64,000 nucleotides of DNA from contig NW_026889802.1 of assembly GCF_033153115.1 (NCBI RefSeq), positions 1,860,001-1,924,000 on the forward strand, given 5' to 3'. This document shows positions 26,106 through 39,200 of this stretch, in pieces. How positions within the stretch are numbered: the first letter of the stretch is position 1; the number at the start of each line of letters is the position of its first letter. Below the pieces are notes generated by a model. It searched no databases and was not told the DNA's origin. It was given only the letters and a program-made list of their open reading frames with translations. The DNA is from Saccostrea echinata (Eukaryota). The translations under genes were made by a program, and so were the position numbers.

Positions 26106-27563
26106 CGCTCCTTTTTTTAATCAAAACAAAAAACAAAAAAAAAAAAAACAAAAAAAAAAAACCCTAAGTCTCTGACGAGTTTTTAGCTCTACTGATGCGG
26201 ACTTATCTGAAAAATAAAGAGGTGTCTTATCATAGTCTACTTGTGTACCAAGACTTATTGAAGTATGACTAAAACTGTAGGAGGAGGAATGTTTTGAAAG
26301 AATTTCACAGAAATCCTTTCTATAAATAGATTTTTTATCTAAAAAAAATCAATTCAATTTACATTATTATTAAAGGTTCATGAACATTAATAACATAAAA
26401 CTAATTAACACGGTTAATATATACATAACAAAGTGACAAACATGAGGTAAACAAAATTTAAAATAAGTCACTGTTTGCTTTCTTTTCTGATATAGAGGAG
26501 TTTTTCAAGAAACAACATAGCCTTCTAGCAGCTGTAGTATTTGTAAGATTGACAATTTTCTAATGGGATTATCATTGGTGTATGTGATCACATTAAATAT
26601 ATAATTTTACTTGCATCTATACTGGTCATTCTTTGAACAGTATAATACAAAATGTTTTTCATCATCAATAAACAATATACATTTTTATGAATAGCATTCT
26701 TTAACGTTTTTCTCTAGGAATAGGGGGTTTAGAAATTGGAATAGCTACCCGTTTCAAATTTCAATATACAATGGAAGGGCGCTGTTTTGATTCACAATTT
26801 TTGCTATAAAAGCTAATTTTCCAGAGTCTGATATACTTCTGATTTTCAGTTATTCATGTATATTGTTTTGGTAATGCTCTTGTAATTTGTTTTTCAAGGT
26901 TGTGTGCGAAATATCCAAAGAAGTGATATTCAATTTTTGTAGTAATAAAGGCAGTTTTCCTTGCCAAGATATTCTAGATACAAGTTCTCTATCTTCTTTA
27001 AATGCAGATACCACTGAATAATTAAAGGCTACTTGTGTATCAAGTGTTACTAAACTGTACACTGTAGGAATAGGAAAACTCAAGTTCATGCTTGGCAGGT
27101 TTTAAACCCAAAAATGTACAGTTAAATTATAAATAAAAACAACGTGGATCTACTCTGTGTTTATAAGTCTACAAAATTTAATGAAAAACGTGAAAGCTGA
27201 GACGGAGGACCCTCTTCCCCTTACCCATCCACTAGTCATCCCTTAATGATCTTGATTTTGACGACTTCCTCAGTTTAATCAATGTTAAAAAGATTGCTTT
27301 TCAAAAGTTTTTTTTTAATTAAATCTAAAATATATGATTATGTTGAAAAAATGTTTGAAAAAGACCACAGGTATTCACTTGAACTGTCAATAAACTACAA
27401 ATGCTTGAATGGAGCTACCCTCCCCCATCCGTTACAGGGAAGGTAAAAATAACACGTATAACACGAAATTTGCATGGCCATTTCATGTGATATTAAAGTA
27501 AAATATCTTCAATCATCAAAATATCTGTGGTCATGATAAAACGTACGTCGATATGGAATCTTA

Positions 27564-29494
27564 ACAATAGGCCCAAGGGCCTTAACGGTCACCTGAATAC
27601 AAAAATTTAAAGGATCCATAAAAGTATAAAATAAACTGGTAGATGAAGCTTTATTGCCTAAATCAAGAGAAATGGGATGACCAGGATCAACGAAATAATT
27701 AGTCTGTTACTCATTAACAACTCATAAAGTAAGTTCTTCTTGCCCCCATTTATCACTATCACCATGCAGACTATTAACAAAACAAAAATTCTTCGGTACT
27801 ATTTTTAACCCCATTTTATAATCTCTCAAATTGGCCTCTCTTGGTCTTTGAAGAAAATTAAAAAAGATAAGTTATTTTTGTTTCATTTTTATTTATCTGT
27901 TATTTACAAGTCCATCTGACCATTAAAACTACGAAAATAATTTCTGTATTATATATTAAAATTCTTGCATAATTCTCTTATTCTATTAACCTTTCAAGTA
28001 CATTATTTACAGTGATTTATTATCAAAAGCGAATGGCAAAGGGGAATAACTTCTCTCCGTAGAATACAAATCAAAAGAGTCCTGGCCAGAACCAGAACAA
28101 TTGACCAAATGGCCCAGATGTTAAAAAATCTGGTAAAAATACCCTTGCTTATTAAAACTTTTACTCTGTTTGTCTCCGATATGTCCAGGAGCACAGAAGA
28201 TTTTCAAGGAAATAGTGCATTTTCACTACAGATTTAACACAGTCCAACACTAACACTAGAACCAGGGTCATGAATTTCAACAATTTGGAAGAGGTACCCT
28301 CATCATTATAACTATGAACTTAGTTGAAGTTTTTCAAAGAATCAACACATTTTCTCGACACTATCAAAAGACAACCCCCCCCCCCCCCAAGAAACACCAG
28401 AACCCCTGACTCTGGGAAACATTGTAAGAAGCACCCTTGCTCATCATAACTATGCATTTTGTTTATCTGCTTAATACCCAGGAGCAGATATGATTATTTA
28501 ATAGAATTAATGCATTTTTACTATATTATCAATAGAGCCCCATCCTTACACCAGAACATCTGACCCAGGGGAAATGAAACTCACAATTCTGGAAAAAGCC
28601 CCCTTGCTCATTATAACTATAAACTTAGTTTCTTTGCTATTTAAAACCTGGAGCAGAAAAGAATATTTTCAAAGACGTTATGCATTTTCACAATATAATC
28701 AATAGAGCCCCCTTTCACCAGAACCCTCTACCCTGGGGTCACGGATTTAATAATTTTGGAAGAGGCATCCTTGCTTATCATAACCATGCACTTAGTTTGT
28801 TGAAATAATACCCAGGGGCAGAGAAGAAGATGTTCAAAAAAATTAATGCAGTTTCACTATATTATCAATAGAGTTCCGCCCTAACATCAGACCCCCCTCC
28901 TGCAGAACCCCTGACCCTGGGGCCACAATTATTACAATTTTGGAAGAGGCACCTTTACTCATCATAACTATGTACTAGTTAGTTTGTTTAATACACAGAA
29001 GCACAGAGCATTTCATAGAATTAATGCATTTTCACAATATAATCAATAGAGCCCCGTCCTAACACCATAACCCCTGACCCAGAGGTTATGAATTTCACAA
29101 TTTTGGAAGAGGCACCCTTACTGATCATAACTATATACTCTTTTTTTAATAGACAGGAGCAGAAAGAAAGATTTTCAAAGAAAAAATGCAATTTCACTAT
29201 ATTATCAATAGAGTCCCGCCCAAACATAAGAACCCCTGACCCAAGAGCCATGAAAATCCCAATTTAGGAAGAGACACCCTTGCTGATAATAGCCATATAC
29301 TTAGTTTGTTTACATAATACCCAGAAGCAGAGAAGAGGCACCCTTACCCATTCTTCTCTGTTCCTGTGTATTAAATAAACTAACTAGTGAGTTTGTTTAA
29401 TACACAGGAGTTTTCAAAGAAATAATGCATTTTCGCTATTAGCTGCAGATCTGTAGCTCGCTGGTCTGAAAAAAACGACGACGGACGAAAACAG

Positions 29495-29525
<31 letters not shown>

Positions 29526-29531
29526 GCCTAA
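27564..29531 (-). mobile_element. Older HINE copy of the same 168-bp family as 7201-9160, inverted
   Basis: AGGCCCAAGGGCCTTAACGGTCACCTGA at ~27569 and AAAACAGATAGCAATAGGTCACCTGAGTGACTCAGGTGGCCTAA at ~29490-29531 are reverse complements of the element ends; diverged units at 28190-29440. Confidence 0.82.
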
Positions 29532-30200
29532 AAAGCACACCACTGCATGCAGTGCCATAAAATTAAGACAATAGCCGCTCACTTTTTGATCTCAGTCTCA
29601 CCTTAACAAAAGAAATCAAACTTGATGTTATCTAATTATTATGGCCTCGGGCCAGATCCGTAGGAAACGGGGGGGGGGGGGATGTGATAAGTTTTTTTTT
29701 TCTTCTCTATTTGAGATGTGGACAAATATCTCATTTTTTAAATATCCTTGAACTTGACTGGATGACCTTGACTTAGGGTCAACAAGTTAAATTTCATGTA
29801 TCTTGACAGTAATTCACATCGGGATCGAAGTTCAAAACTCAACCGATCAATCGGAACTCTCAGCATTTGGTCTCAAGGCCGAAAGTGTTTATCTGATGTA
29901 GAAAATACATTAAGTTGTGATGTAGATGCCAGCAGAAGGCCCGTTCTCCTTTTTTCTGCCCACTGGGAACAGGTTTTTCAAGGTAAAAAATGATATTTAA
30001 AAAAAAAGATACAGAGAAAAAAGAAAACAACAACGTGAACTGCCACATTGTATAACTCGTGGTTAAATGACAGGTGAAGATATATGATTATGTGAATATA
30101 TTTCAGTTACTGGGCAATAACATCATGAAATACAATGGTTATATATCATAGCAATCACTTATGTGCTTGAGAATACCTGTATGCTACCATTAAGCACAGA

Positions 30201-33128
30201 ATGGCAGAAACGACAATTGCTGAGCCAAAGAGTTTTGACACTGAAGTTTAGTAAGTAACATAAATGAATAAATTGCCAAATGTTACACTTTGTTAATTTG
30301 AACAGCATTTAATAATTATTTTTACCCCTCTTCCAGTATGGAACACAATGAGAGCGAGTTGAAATTCCTTGATATACCATGGGAAGATGTGGTGTTCAAG
30401 TACATTATGCCTTGCCTTCCTCTCCAGACAAAGTTTCAGATGAGGAGAGTTTCCAAGCAGTGGTTAGAGATGGTCACCCTGTATTTTAGCATTAACAAGA
30501 CAGTAAATACTTGTCGTATTGCTAACAAAATGACAGTAGGTGCTCTGTCCATCATGACAAGAAACAACTCAAGTCTTCAAGATCTTGTATTGCGCAACTC
30601 TAAAGATTGGCTGACTGATGCTGTATTAATGCCTGTTTTAAAACAAAATCCCAAGCTTCAACAAATGGATATTTCCAATTGTTCTTTTGTGACTAATAGT
30701 TCTCTCCAAGTATTGGGAGTAAACTGTCAGAATGTGAAAGTTGTCTCCCTTAGTGACTGTCACTGGGTCAGTGTTGATGGATTGACAGTGTTAGCCATGC
30801 AATGTGTCAATTTAGAAAGCCTCGATCTCACTGGATGTTGGGGTGTCAATGATGAAGCAATCACACTTCTTGCCATACGTTGTAAAAAGTAAGACCAAGA
30901 ACATTCAATGTCTCTATAAAATTTTTAGAATTTAGATTAACTAGAGGTACTCACTACTGTTAGTGAGCTTTTCAAAATGATACCCCTGCTTCACTTTTTA
31001 GCTCACATGAGTCAAAGGCTCAAGTGAGCTTTTCTGATCGAAGGATGTCTGGCATCTGTCTGTCGTCTATTAACTTCTCACATTTTCGACTTCTTCTCTA
31101 GAACCACCGGGCTTATTTCAACCAAATTTGCCACAAAGCATCCTTGAAAGGGGATTCAAATTTGATCAAATGAAGGGCCATGCCCCTTTTCAGGGGAGAT
31201 AATTAAGAATTGGGTAAAATTTAATGGCATCTTTTTAAAATTTTCGTCTCAATAACCACTGGACCAGAAAAAAATGAATCTTATGTGTAAGCTTTATTAT
31301 ATAGTGTAGATTCAAGTTTGTTCAAATGATGACCTCCTGGGGTAGGGTAGGATAGGGCCACAATGGGCAATAAAAGTTTTACATAGGAATACATAGGCAG
31401 AATCTTTAAAAATCTTCTTACGAACAGCAAAGCCATGATTAGACATGTATATATATGGAAGCATACCCAGGTAGTGTAGATTCAAGTTCGTTCAAATCAT
31501 GACCCCCCCCCCCCCCCTTTCCAGGTAGGGTAGGGCCACAATGGCGGATCAAAGTTTTACCTAGGATTACATTGGAAAATTCTTTAAAAATTAAAATGTT
31601 CTCCTCAAGAATAGCAAAGACTTTACTAGTTATATTTATATGGAAGAATCCTTAAGTAGTGTAGATTCAAGTTTGTTCAAATCTTGGCCCCTGGGGTTAG
31701 AGTGGGACCTCGATGGTTTTACATAGGAATACAAAGTTATACATAGGAATATGTAAGAAAAATCTTTAAAGATTTTCTCAAGAACAGCAAATCCCTGATT
31801 AGTCATGCTTATATGGAAGCATCCTCAGGTAGTGTAGATTTAATTTTGTGTAAGTCATGACTCCCTACCCTGCCCTTTGGGGGTGGAGGGGGGGGGGCTC
31901 CCTACCCTGCCCTTTGAGGGTGGATAGGGGGACCACTTATTTATTTAAACTTTTCAATACTGAACTGATTTCTGCTTTTCTCTAGCCAAAGTGCTCATGG
32001 GAATGTGCCTCTTGTTTGTATGGTTGCATCCAGTGTTTGGCAGTTTCTCTCTTGCAAAGTTATACACCACTTCTTTTTATGAAAATGATCTTGAGCTTGC
32101 CCAAATGACCTTGAGTCTAGGTGACACCTCCAGGTGGTCTTTTTGTTCTATGTGCTGCCAATGTTTCTATTAAAAGCCATGTCCAGAAATTATAAATTTT
32201 TCTGCCGGTGACCAGTAACTTGTGTAAGTGATCAAGGTCATGACATATCTGGTCAAGTTATAAGTTATGATCTTTCAATGTTTCTCCATTGGAAAGAAAT
32301 GGACCAGACACAAAATATACACTTTTTCAGCTCTTGACCCTGAACTTAAACTTAGTCAAGGTCCTTACACACTCCCAAGTGATTAATATTTGTGTGAATT
32401 ATAAACTTCCAATGTTTCTTTTTAAGAAAGTTATGGACTGGGCTCAAATTATCCACTTTTTCTTTGTTGCCTGTGACCTTGAACTTGCCTTAATTCTTGA
32501 CAGACCCTCAGGTCATAAGCAATTTTTAAAGTATGATTTTCTGATGTTCATCTATAAGGAAGTTCTGATCCTGCATGATTGAATGGACAAACAGACAGAC
32601 AAGGTGACTCCTTTACCCCCCCCCCCCCCCCCCAACTTCAGGGGAGTAAAATAATAAGATATTTGTAAAATAGAAATTCATGATATGAATATTTTTATTC
32701 ATTGCATTTTACATTTATTACCAAAAGGTTGAGGTATTTGTCAATGGCCAAAATCTATGGACTCACAGATTATGCAATGGCAATTCTGGCCAGAGAGGCC
32801 ACTTCATTATGTCACCTTAATATTAGGGGATGCTGGAGACTCTCAGATGATTCTATTGGGCAAGTATCATTGTAATTTCAATATAAGATGTCTACGTTGA
32901 AAACTATTAGAAAAATAATTTTTTTTTGTATTTTTGCTTTGTAGGATTCTAGCAGAATATGCCAAAAATCTGAAAGCTTTAGAGGCACGTGAATGTAGAG
33001 ATATTACTGAAAACAGTCTGTATAAGCTCCGAAATAGAGGAGTCAAAATTGACGTTCGACCACCACAACCTCCCAGAGGACTGGCAGGGCTCCGGCACAG
33101 AAAACCGTGTCTGAACATACAGATTTAA
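30201..33128 (+). CDS. FBXL15: F-box/LRR-repeat protein 15, ~305 aa
   Basis: Exons 30201-30250, 30337-30888, 32728-32859, 32945-33128 (918 nt). F-box FLDIPWEDVVFKYIMPCLP..RRVSK, cysteine-containing LRRs (LSDCHWVS, LDLTGCWGV, NIRGCWRL), C-terminal GVKIDV..LNIQI. The start could be ATG 30338 instead. Confidence 0.9.
30938..32650 (-). mobile_element. Old minus-strand HINE in FBXL15 intron 2, interrupted by a younger HINE
   Basis: AACTAGAGGTACTCACT..GTGAGC..GATACCCC end at ~30939; degenerate TGACCTTGAACTT units at 32060-32580; GACA microsatellite and hairpin end at ~32586-32650. Confidence 0.55.
30996..32017 (+). mobile_element. HINE with Cg170-like ~165-bp central repeats
   Basis: 5' TAGCTCACATGAGTCAAAGGCTCAAGTGAGCT palindrome plus GTCT repeats; units containing GTAGTGTAGATTCAAGTTTGTTCAAAT; 3' GTGCCTCTTGTTT. 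Confidence 0.8.
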
Positions 33129-33145
33129 AATTGTTCAATTTTACA

Positions 33146-34045
33146 ATTTTAGCTCATCTCAACAAAGTTGGGGGAGCTTGTGTAATGCCCTTGGTGTCGG
33201 CGTCCCAAGTTAAAGTTTTTGGAGCAGATTTCTTTTCAAGTACTTCTATGCCCTGTATTAATCAGAGATGCATGGAGGATGCTTCTAGTGTGTTTCATTA
33301 TACCAGTCAAGGTTTCAGATGCTGCAAATTCAGCTAAAGAATGACCAGGTTAAAGTTTTTGGAGCAGATCTCATTTCCAAGTAACTATAAGCCCTATGTT
33401 GACCAAACTTGCATGGTTGATAAACTAAGGATGCACAGGCTTGCTACGGATGCTCGATCCGACCTACATTTTCCGGATCTTATTTCCAAGAAACTATAAG
33501 CCTTATATTGACCAAACTTGCAGGGATGATACACCTAAGGATGCACACTACAGGACTTGCTTCGGATGCTAGATCTGACCTACATTTTCCGGATGAGTGA
33601 CCAGGTTACAGTTTTTGGAGCAGATCTCATTTCCAAGTAACTATAAGTCCTATGTTGACCAAACTTGCATAGATGATACATCTAAGGATGCTCAATACTG
33701 GACTTGCTTCAGATCTGGATCTAACCTACATTTTCCGGATGAGTGACCAGGTTACAGTTTTTTGAGCAGATCTCATTTCCAAGTAACTATAAGTCCTATG
33801 TTGACCAAACTTGCATAGATGATACATCTAAGGATGCTCACTACTGGACTTGCTTCAGATCAGGATCTGACCTACATTTTCTGGATGAGTGACCAGGTTA
33901 AAGTTTTTGGAGCAGATCTCATTTCCAAGTAACTATTAGCTATATCTTGACCAAACTTGCATGGATGATACATCTAAGGATGCACACTGGACTTGCTTTG
34001 GATGCTGGATCTGACCTACATTTTCCAGATGGGTGACAAGGTAGA
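33146..34045 (+). mobile_element. HINE-like element with 146-bp tandem repeats in the FBXL15 3' UTR
   Basis: Starts TTTTAGCTCATCTCAACAAAGTTGGGGGAGCT..GGTGTCGGCGTC; GACCAGGTTA at 33599, 33745, 33891 (146-bp period); first AATAAA noticed after the stop codon is at 34347. Confidence 0.75.
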
Positions 34046-34748
34046 TTTTTTTTTCACTTTACTAAATCTGTGCCAAGAAGCTAGTCATAATTTAATATAA
34101 ATTTCAGTTCCCCCTTTTGGTAGAGAAATGTACAGTTTGAAAAAAAAAACCAAACATGATGTTGACATCATTGTATCATACACAAGTGGGCATCACAGCC
34201 CTTGGTCTCCATAGTATACTAAATTATTGTTAAATTGTTGTATTTTATCTGTCTATTGCAATTGTTACCAATTAAGAACTGATGATCTTTACAAGCAATT
34301 GAAAATTGTATTTTGTGAAAATTTATCATTTAATATTTTTATTTTGAATAAAAATATGTTTACATTATAGACTTTGTTGTATGAGTAGTAAAATTGAATT
34401 TAGTTTCAATGTGCTGTGTGATATTCCAGCATCCACAATTTCTGACAACAGGACCTGCAGACTTTGGATTTGGTGCCGTATCAGCTGCCCAAATTATGCA
34501 TCATTTGAAAATCCAATGTTAAAATTTGGTTACAATTCATTTTGCTGGTTGGTAAATACTTGTATTAAGTTTATTATTATACATGTACATGTAATTGCAC
34601 ATTGTCACACATGACTTAGAAGTAATGTTAAACTGTACTGTAAGTCGCCTTTTATTTGCAGGAACTTCATTTGCTTAATTATGCCAGACCTCTTTTTTTT
34701 GTGCAAAAATTTCATTCTTGCATATATTTTTATTATTAAAGATTAAAT

Positions 34749-35628
34749 ACAAGAGCCCAATGGGCCTTGAAGCTCACCTGAGCACTTTGGTTACAGAAAA
34801 GCAGAAATCATTCAGTATTGAAAAGTTAAAAATATATAAGTGGTCCTACCCTACCATGGAAGGGGCTGTGATTTGAACAAACTTGAATCTACACTAACTG
34901 TGGATGCTTCCATATTTTTATGACTAATCATGGCTTTAAAAGATTTTTACAGAGTTTCTTCTATATATATTCCTATGTAAAGTTTGATCTTCTATTGTAG
35001 CCCTACCTTGATCCAAGGGGTCAGATTACTATTAATCTACACAACCTGAGGATGCATTCATATTAATATGACCTATCATGGCTTTCGCTGTTCTTGAGAT
35101 TTTCCCATTTATCCTTATGTAAAAATTTGGTGACCCATTGTGGTCCAACCCTAGCCTTGGCTGCATTATTTGAACAAACTTGAATCTACACTCTGTATTA
35201 ATATGACTAATTGTGGCTTTGCTGCTCTTGAGAAGATTTTTAAAGATTCTTCCTTATATTCCTATGTACGACTTCGATTGCCCATTGTGACCTCACCGTA
35301 GCTAGGGTTCATAATTTGAAAAAACTTGAACCTACACTATGTAATGAAGCTTTCATATAAGTTTCATCTTTTCTGGCACAGTGGTTCTTGAGAAGAAGAT
35401 TTTTAATAGATGCCATTAAATTTTCACTAATTCTTGATTATCTCCCTTTGAAAGAGGGTGCGGCCTTTCATTTGAACAAATTTGAATCCCCTTGACCCAA
35501 GGATGATTTGTGGCAAATTTGGTTGAAATGCCCAGCGGTTCTGAAGAAGATGTAAATGAGAAAAGTTTACAACAACTGTGATGATAGACAAATTTTGATA
35601 TGAAAAGCTCATTTGAGCTCAGATGAAC
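34749..35628 (-). mobile_element. HINE (Cg170-like family), inverted relative to 30996-32017
   Basis: ACAAGAGCCCAATGGGCCTTGAAGCTCACCTGAG at 34749; TTTGAACAAACTTGAATCTACAC units; GAAAAGCTCATTTGAGCTCAGATGA end. Confidence 0.78.
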
Positions 35629-36248
35629 AAACTGTAACTAGTAATTTTGTCTTGTTTACAAATACCTATCTTGTGAAAACAGGGTTGCAAAAATTTGGTA
35701 ATCTACAGTATTTTATTTAAATATGTAAAATACATTGAATGGGATACACTGTATTAGAAATCACCAGGCTCATTCATTAGCCATTTTCTAGATCTGTAGC
35801 TGACTCCTGGAGTTTCTGGTGCTTCATTTTGGTACTAAGTAATAGAAATACAGCTATTTAAAATTGCAGTAAAATGAATTGGTTCAAAGAAAACTTTATT
35901 ATACTGTAAATAGAAACTTGAACATTTCCTAATAATTAAAAATTTTATCACAAAATATATCACATAACATCTCATTATTATAAAACATCCTCTATTTCTT
36001 GATGTTAGAGGTGATAGTTCTATTTTAGTCACTGTTCAATTCTTCTATTATGATTTAACAATATAAACAAGTATTGCATTTTAAGAGGAGGACAATACAT
36101 TCCTTTCAGTTGAAATAGTTCATTTAAATATACATATACCATTCATTTCTGAGAACACTACAAATTTACCATTGCTTTTTTTCATAAATGGATATTATAG
36201 TTTAAGTGATATTTTTAAGTTCAAGGTCAGCATCACCGACGTAAAAGG

Positions 36249-39200
36249 TCAGAGGTCAAACACAGGAAGTTCCTCCTCCTCCTCATTTTCCTTGTCACTG
36301 TCCAGAAGTGTCGGATCAATGTGGGGAAGTTCTCTCCGCCGCTTAGACTTATTTCTCGAGGCCTCATCTGTCGTTTCAAAGGAACTTAATATGATAGGAC
36401 TCTCACTGACCAAAGATTCATCTGAAATATATTTCATAAGTCCTTTGAAAAAATCTTAATAAGGAAAAAACAAATATTTCAAACAAATGTACATGTATTC
36501 ACAGAAAGAATTCAGTATTCGTGTATCTAAGTAGCCCAGTAGTTTGAAGATTTGCATGATAAACTGAATCAGGAGGATTTTTCTCTTTAATCTTTATTTA
36601 AGATTTAAATATCAAACATTGCATACTGATTTAATGCTTTCAAATCATTGCATTACAAGATGTGGTATATACCTCCTAAAATCTTAAAAATTTAAGAGAT
36701 GCCTGTTGTGTCCAATGTTTACTGATTTCTTTATACCTGTTTGTCCTGTCAGTGACATTGGAGGACTTTCCTCCTCTTCCTCATCCTGTTTCCTTTTTCT
36801 TTTTCCTCCCTTTGGTTGCCTATAAGTGCTGGAGGAAGACCCTTGAGAGAATCTGTCTAACAGAGAACTCAAACTGTGACTAGCCTCTTCAGAATTCTGC
36901 ATCCCATCTTTGCGAGCTACAATAATATGTAACAATACAGATTACCAAGAAAAAATATATAACTCATCCTTAAAAGCACTAATTAGCTCTAGTGTTTTAT
37001 AATTGGACAAGGTAAAATGAATCAATATTTAAAATTTTAAGACATTATTTTATCACTTTATATAAGGAAACCATATTTAAAAATGTGTATAAATGGGGGG
37101 GAGGGCTTGAGAATCTGAATTGATTGCAAATTTTGAAACCAATTTCCATCATTCAGACAGAATAATTATTAACCAGTTAACAATATCCATGTCTAAATAA
37201 TAAAGTCTGAGTCTTTCAATGTGTAATTGCTCCTAACCTCTACACATGGAAATGACTCTTCCCCAGAGTGAGTTTTTCTCCAGATTGTTTAAATGTCCCA
37301 CAATAAAAAGATGATGCCTGGCTCTAGTCAAAGCAACATTAGTCCTCCTGTAAATTATAATGAATAATATTAATGAAAATGAACAAAACTATCTAAGATT
37401 TGGTATATAATGAACAAAGTTGTATTATATAAAGCCTGTGTGGTTGTACATATACTTGTGGTTGTCTATAAAGCCTGTGTGGTTGTACATATACTTGTGG
37501 TTGTCTATGAAGCCTGTGTGGTTGTACATATACTTGTGGTTGTCTATAAAGCCTGTGTGGTTGTACATATACTTGTGGTTGTCTTTAAAGCCTGTGTGGT
37601 TGTACATATACTTGTGGTTGTCTATAAAGCCTGTGTGGTTGTACATATACTTGTGGTTGTCTATAAAGCTTGTGTGGTTGTACACTTACTTGTGGTTGTC
37701 TATAAAGCCTGTGTGGTTGTACACCTACTTGTAGCTCATAAAGTCTGTGTGGTGTACACTTGCTTCCGATTGTCTGTAAAGCCTGTATTGTTGTACACCT
37801 ATTTCTGATTGTCTATAAAGCCTGTGTTGTTATACACTTACTTTTGATTGTCTATAAAGCCTGTGTTGTTGGTGCGTACACAAGAAAGGATAATGATATT
37901 CCTTTCACCACCCTGGAATGCATCTACAGTTGAAACAAGGATGGACTTTGTTTCATTCTGACTGCAGTTTCTTTTTGAAAGAGAAAAATTTAATTGAAAT
38001 AAGTTAAAACACAACATTTCTGACCTTGATAGCTGAAGAGATTTGCCATATAATCTCATAATCCCCCCCCCCCCCCCCAAAAAAAAATCTTGGAAAAATT
38101 TATCCTATACTTTAAGTAGAAAACTATCTAAATGTCCATAAAATTTTAAAGTAAAAACATGTATACACTGCAGACTTTATTAGAGTTCTGAATCTGTGGT
38201 ATTTATACTGTTAGAAAAGTCAGCCCTTATATCCAAAATGAAATAGTGTGTTACTCATTTTGCAATCATTTCAAACCTTCTTATTATCTAAATAAGTCAA
38301 AAATGAATTAATTAAACACTTTATCTGCATCCCCCCCCCCCCCCACTTTGTAAACAGTAGTGGTAAATGTCAGGTACCTTTTGTTGAAAATGAAATACCC
38401 AGTACACATTGATTAACTCAATATTTAAACTTTTATAGGATAGGACATTTTTTTGAGATCCAAAAACATTTTGTTTTAGTTAGAGAGGGTCCTTAGTACT
38501 TTAAAAAGGCCCCTTAATACTTTAAAACATGGATGTAGTAAATAATTTGGTCAAAAGATCCATAAAAATATTCATTATAATGTGATGTCTTCAAATATGT
38601 AGGTCACAAGCCAAATTTGAGAGAAATTAACAGCACTGAAGGGGAATTAACTCTTATAACTACCGGTAACATAGAATGAGATTCTCCGCATACTTTTTCA
38701 TTCATGTTGTTTTAAGGACATTGGCAAGGTTCCTGGTTATCGTATAAAATTTTTCAAGAACTCTTTAGTAGGTTTAATTGTACTAAACAGGCTATATTCT
38801 GGATTGATTAACCTACCAAGCCAGCCTTCTTTTTTAGAATTTGTCTAATCAGTGTTTTTGCAATTCTCAGTGCATTTCCTATGTAAAATGTTGATAAAAG
38901 GGACCCACATAATTTTTTACCATAATATTTCTCCAAAAACCACTTATTTCATATAGTTTTTGTATTACATGTATATACATTATTGTATCTTCATTTCCTA
39001 TGACTTCTAGATATTTTGGCTGAAAACGTGTATATAGAAACAATACAAGGACATACCGGCACCGATCTTTATTTTTGAGTTACTTCCCTTAACAGCTATA
39101 ATTACATATTATCCATAATGGTCAAGAGAGTCAGACTGGTTGATTATTCTATCATGTAATTGACTGAATTGATTGAAACACATTGTCATAAAAATATTGG

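Noticed and set aside
37410-37808. Hydrophobic repeat ORFs (VVVHILVVVYKAC)
   Set aside because: Antisense reading of the 39-bp intronic minisatellite.
12650-37870. Shared words (AACAACACAG, GGCTTTA, TAGACAA) between the 57-bp array and the ZGRF1 39-bp array
   Set aside because: The words are short and differently spaced, with unrelated sequence between them; common origin is not supportable without a statistical test.
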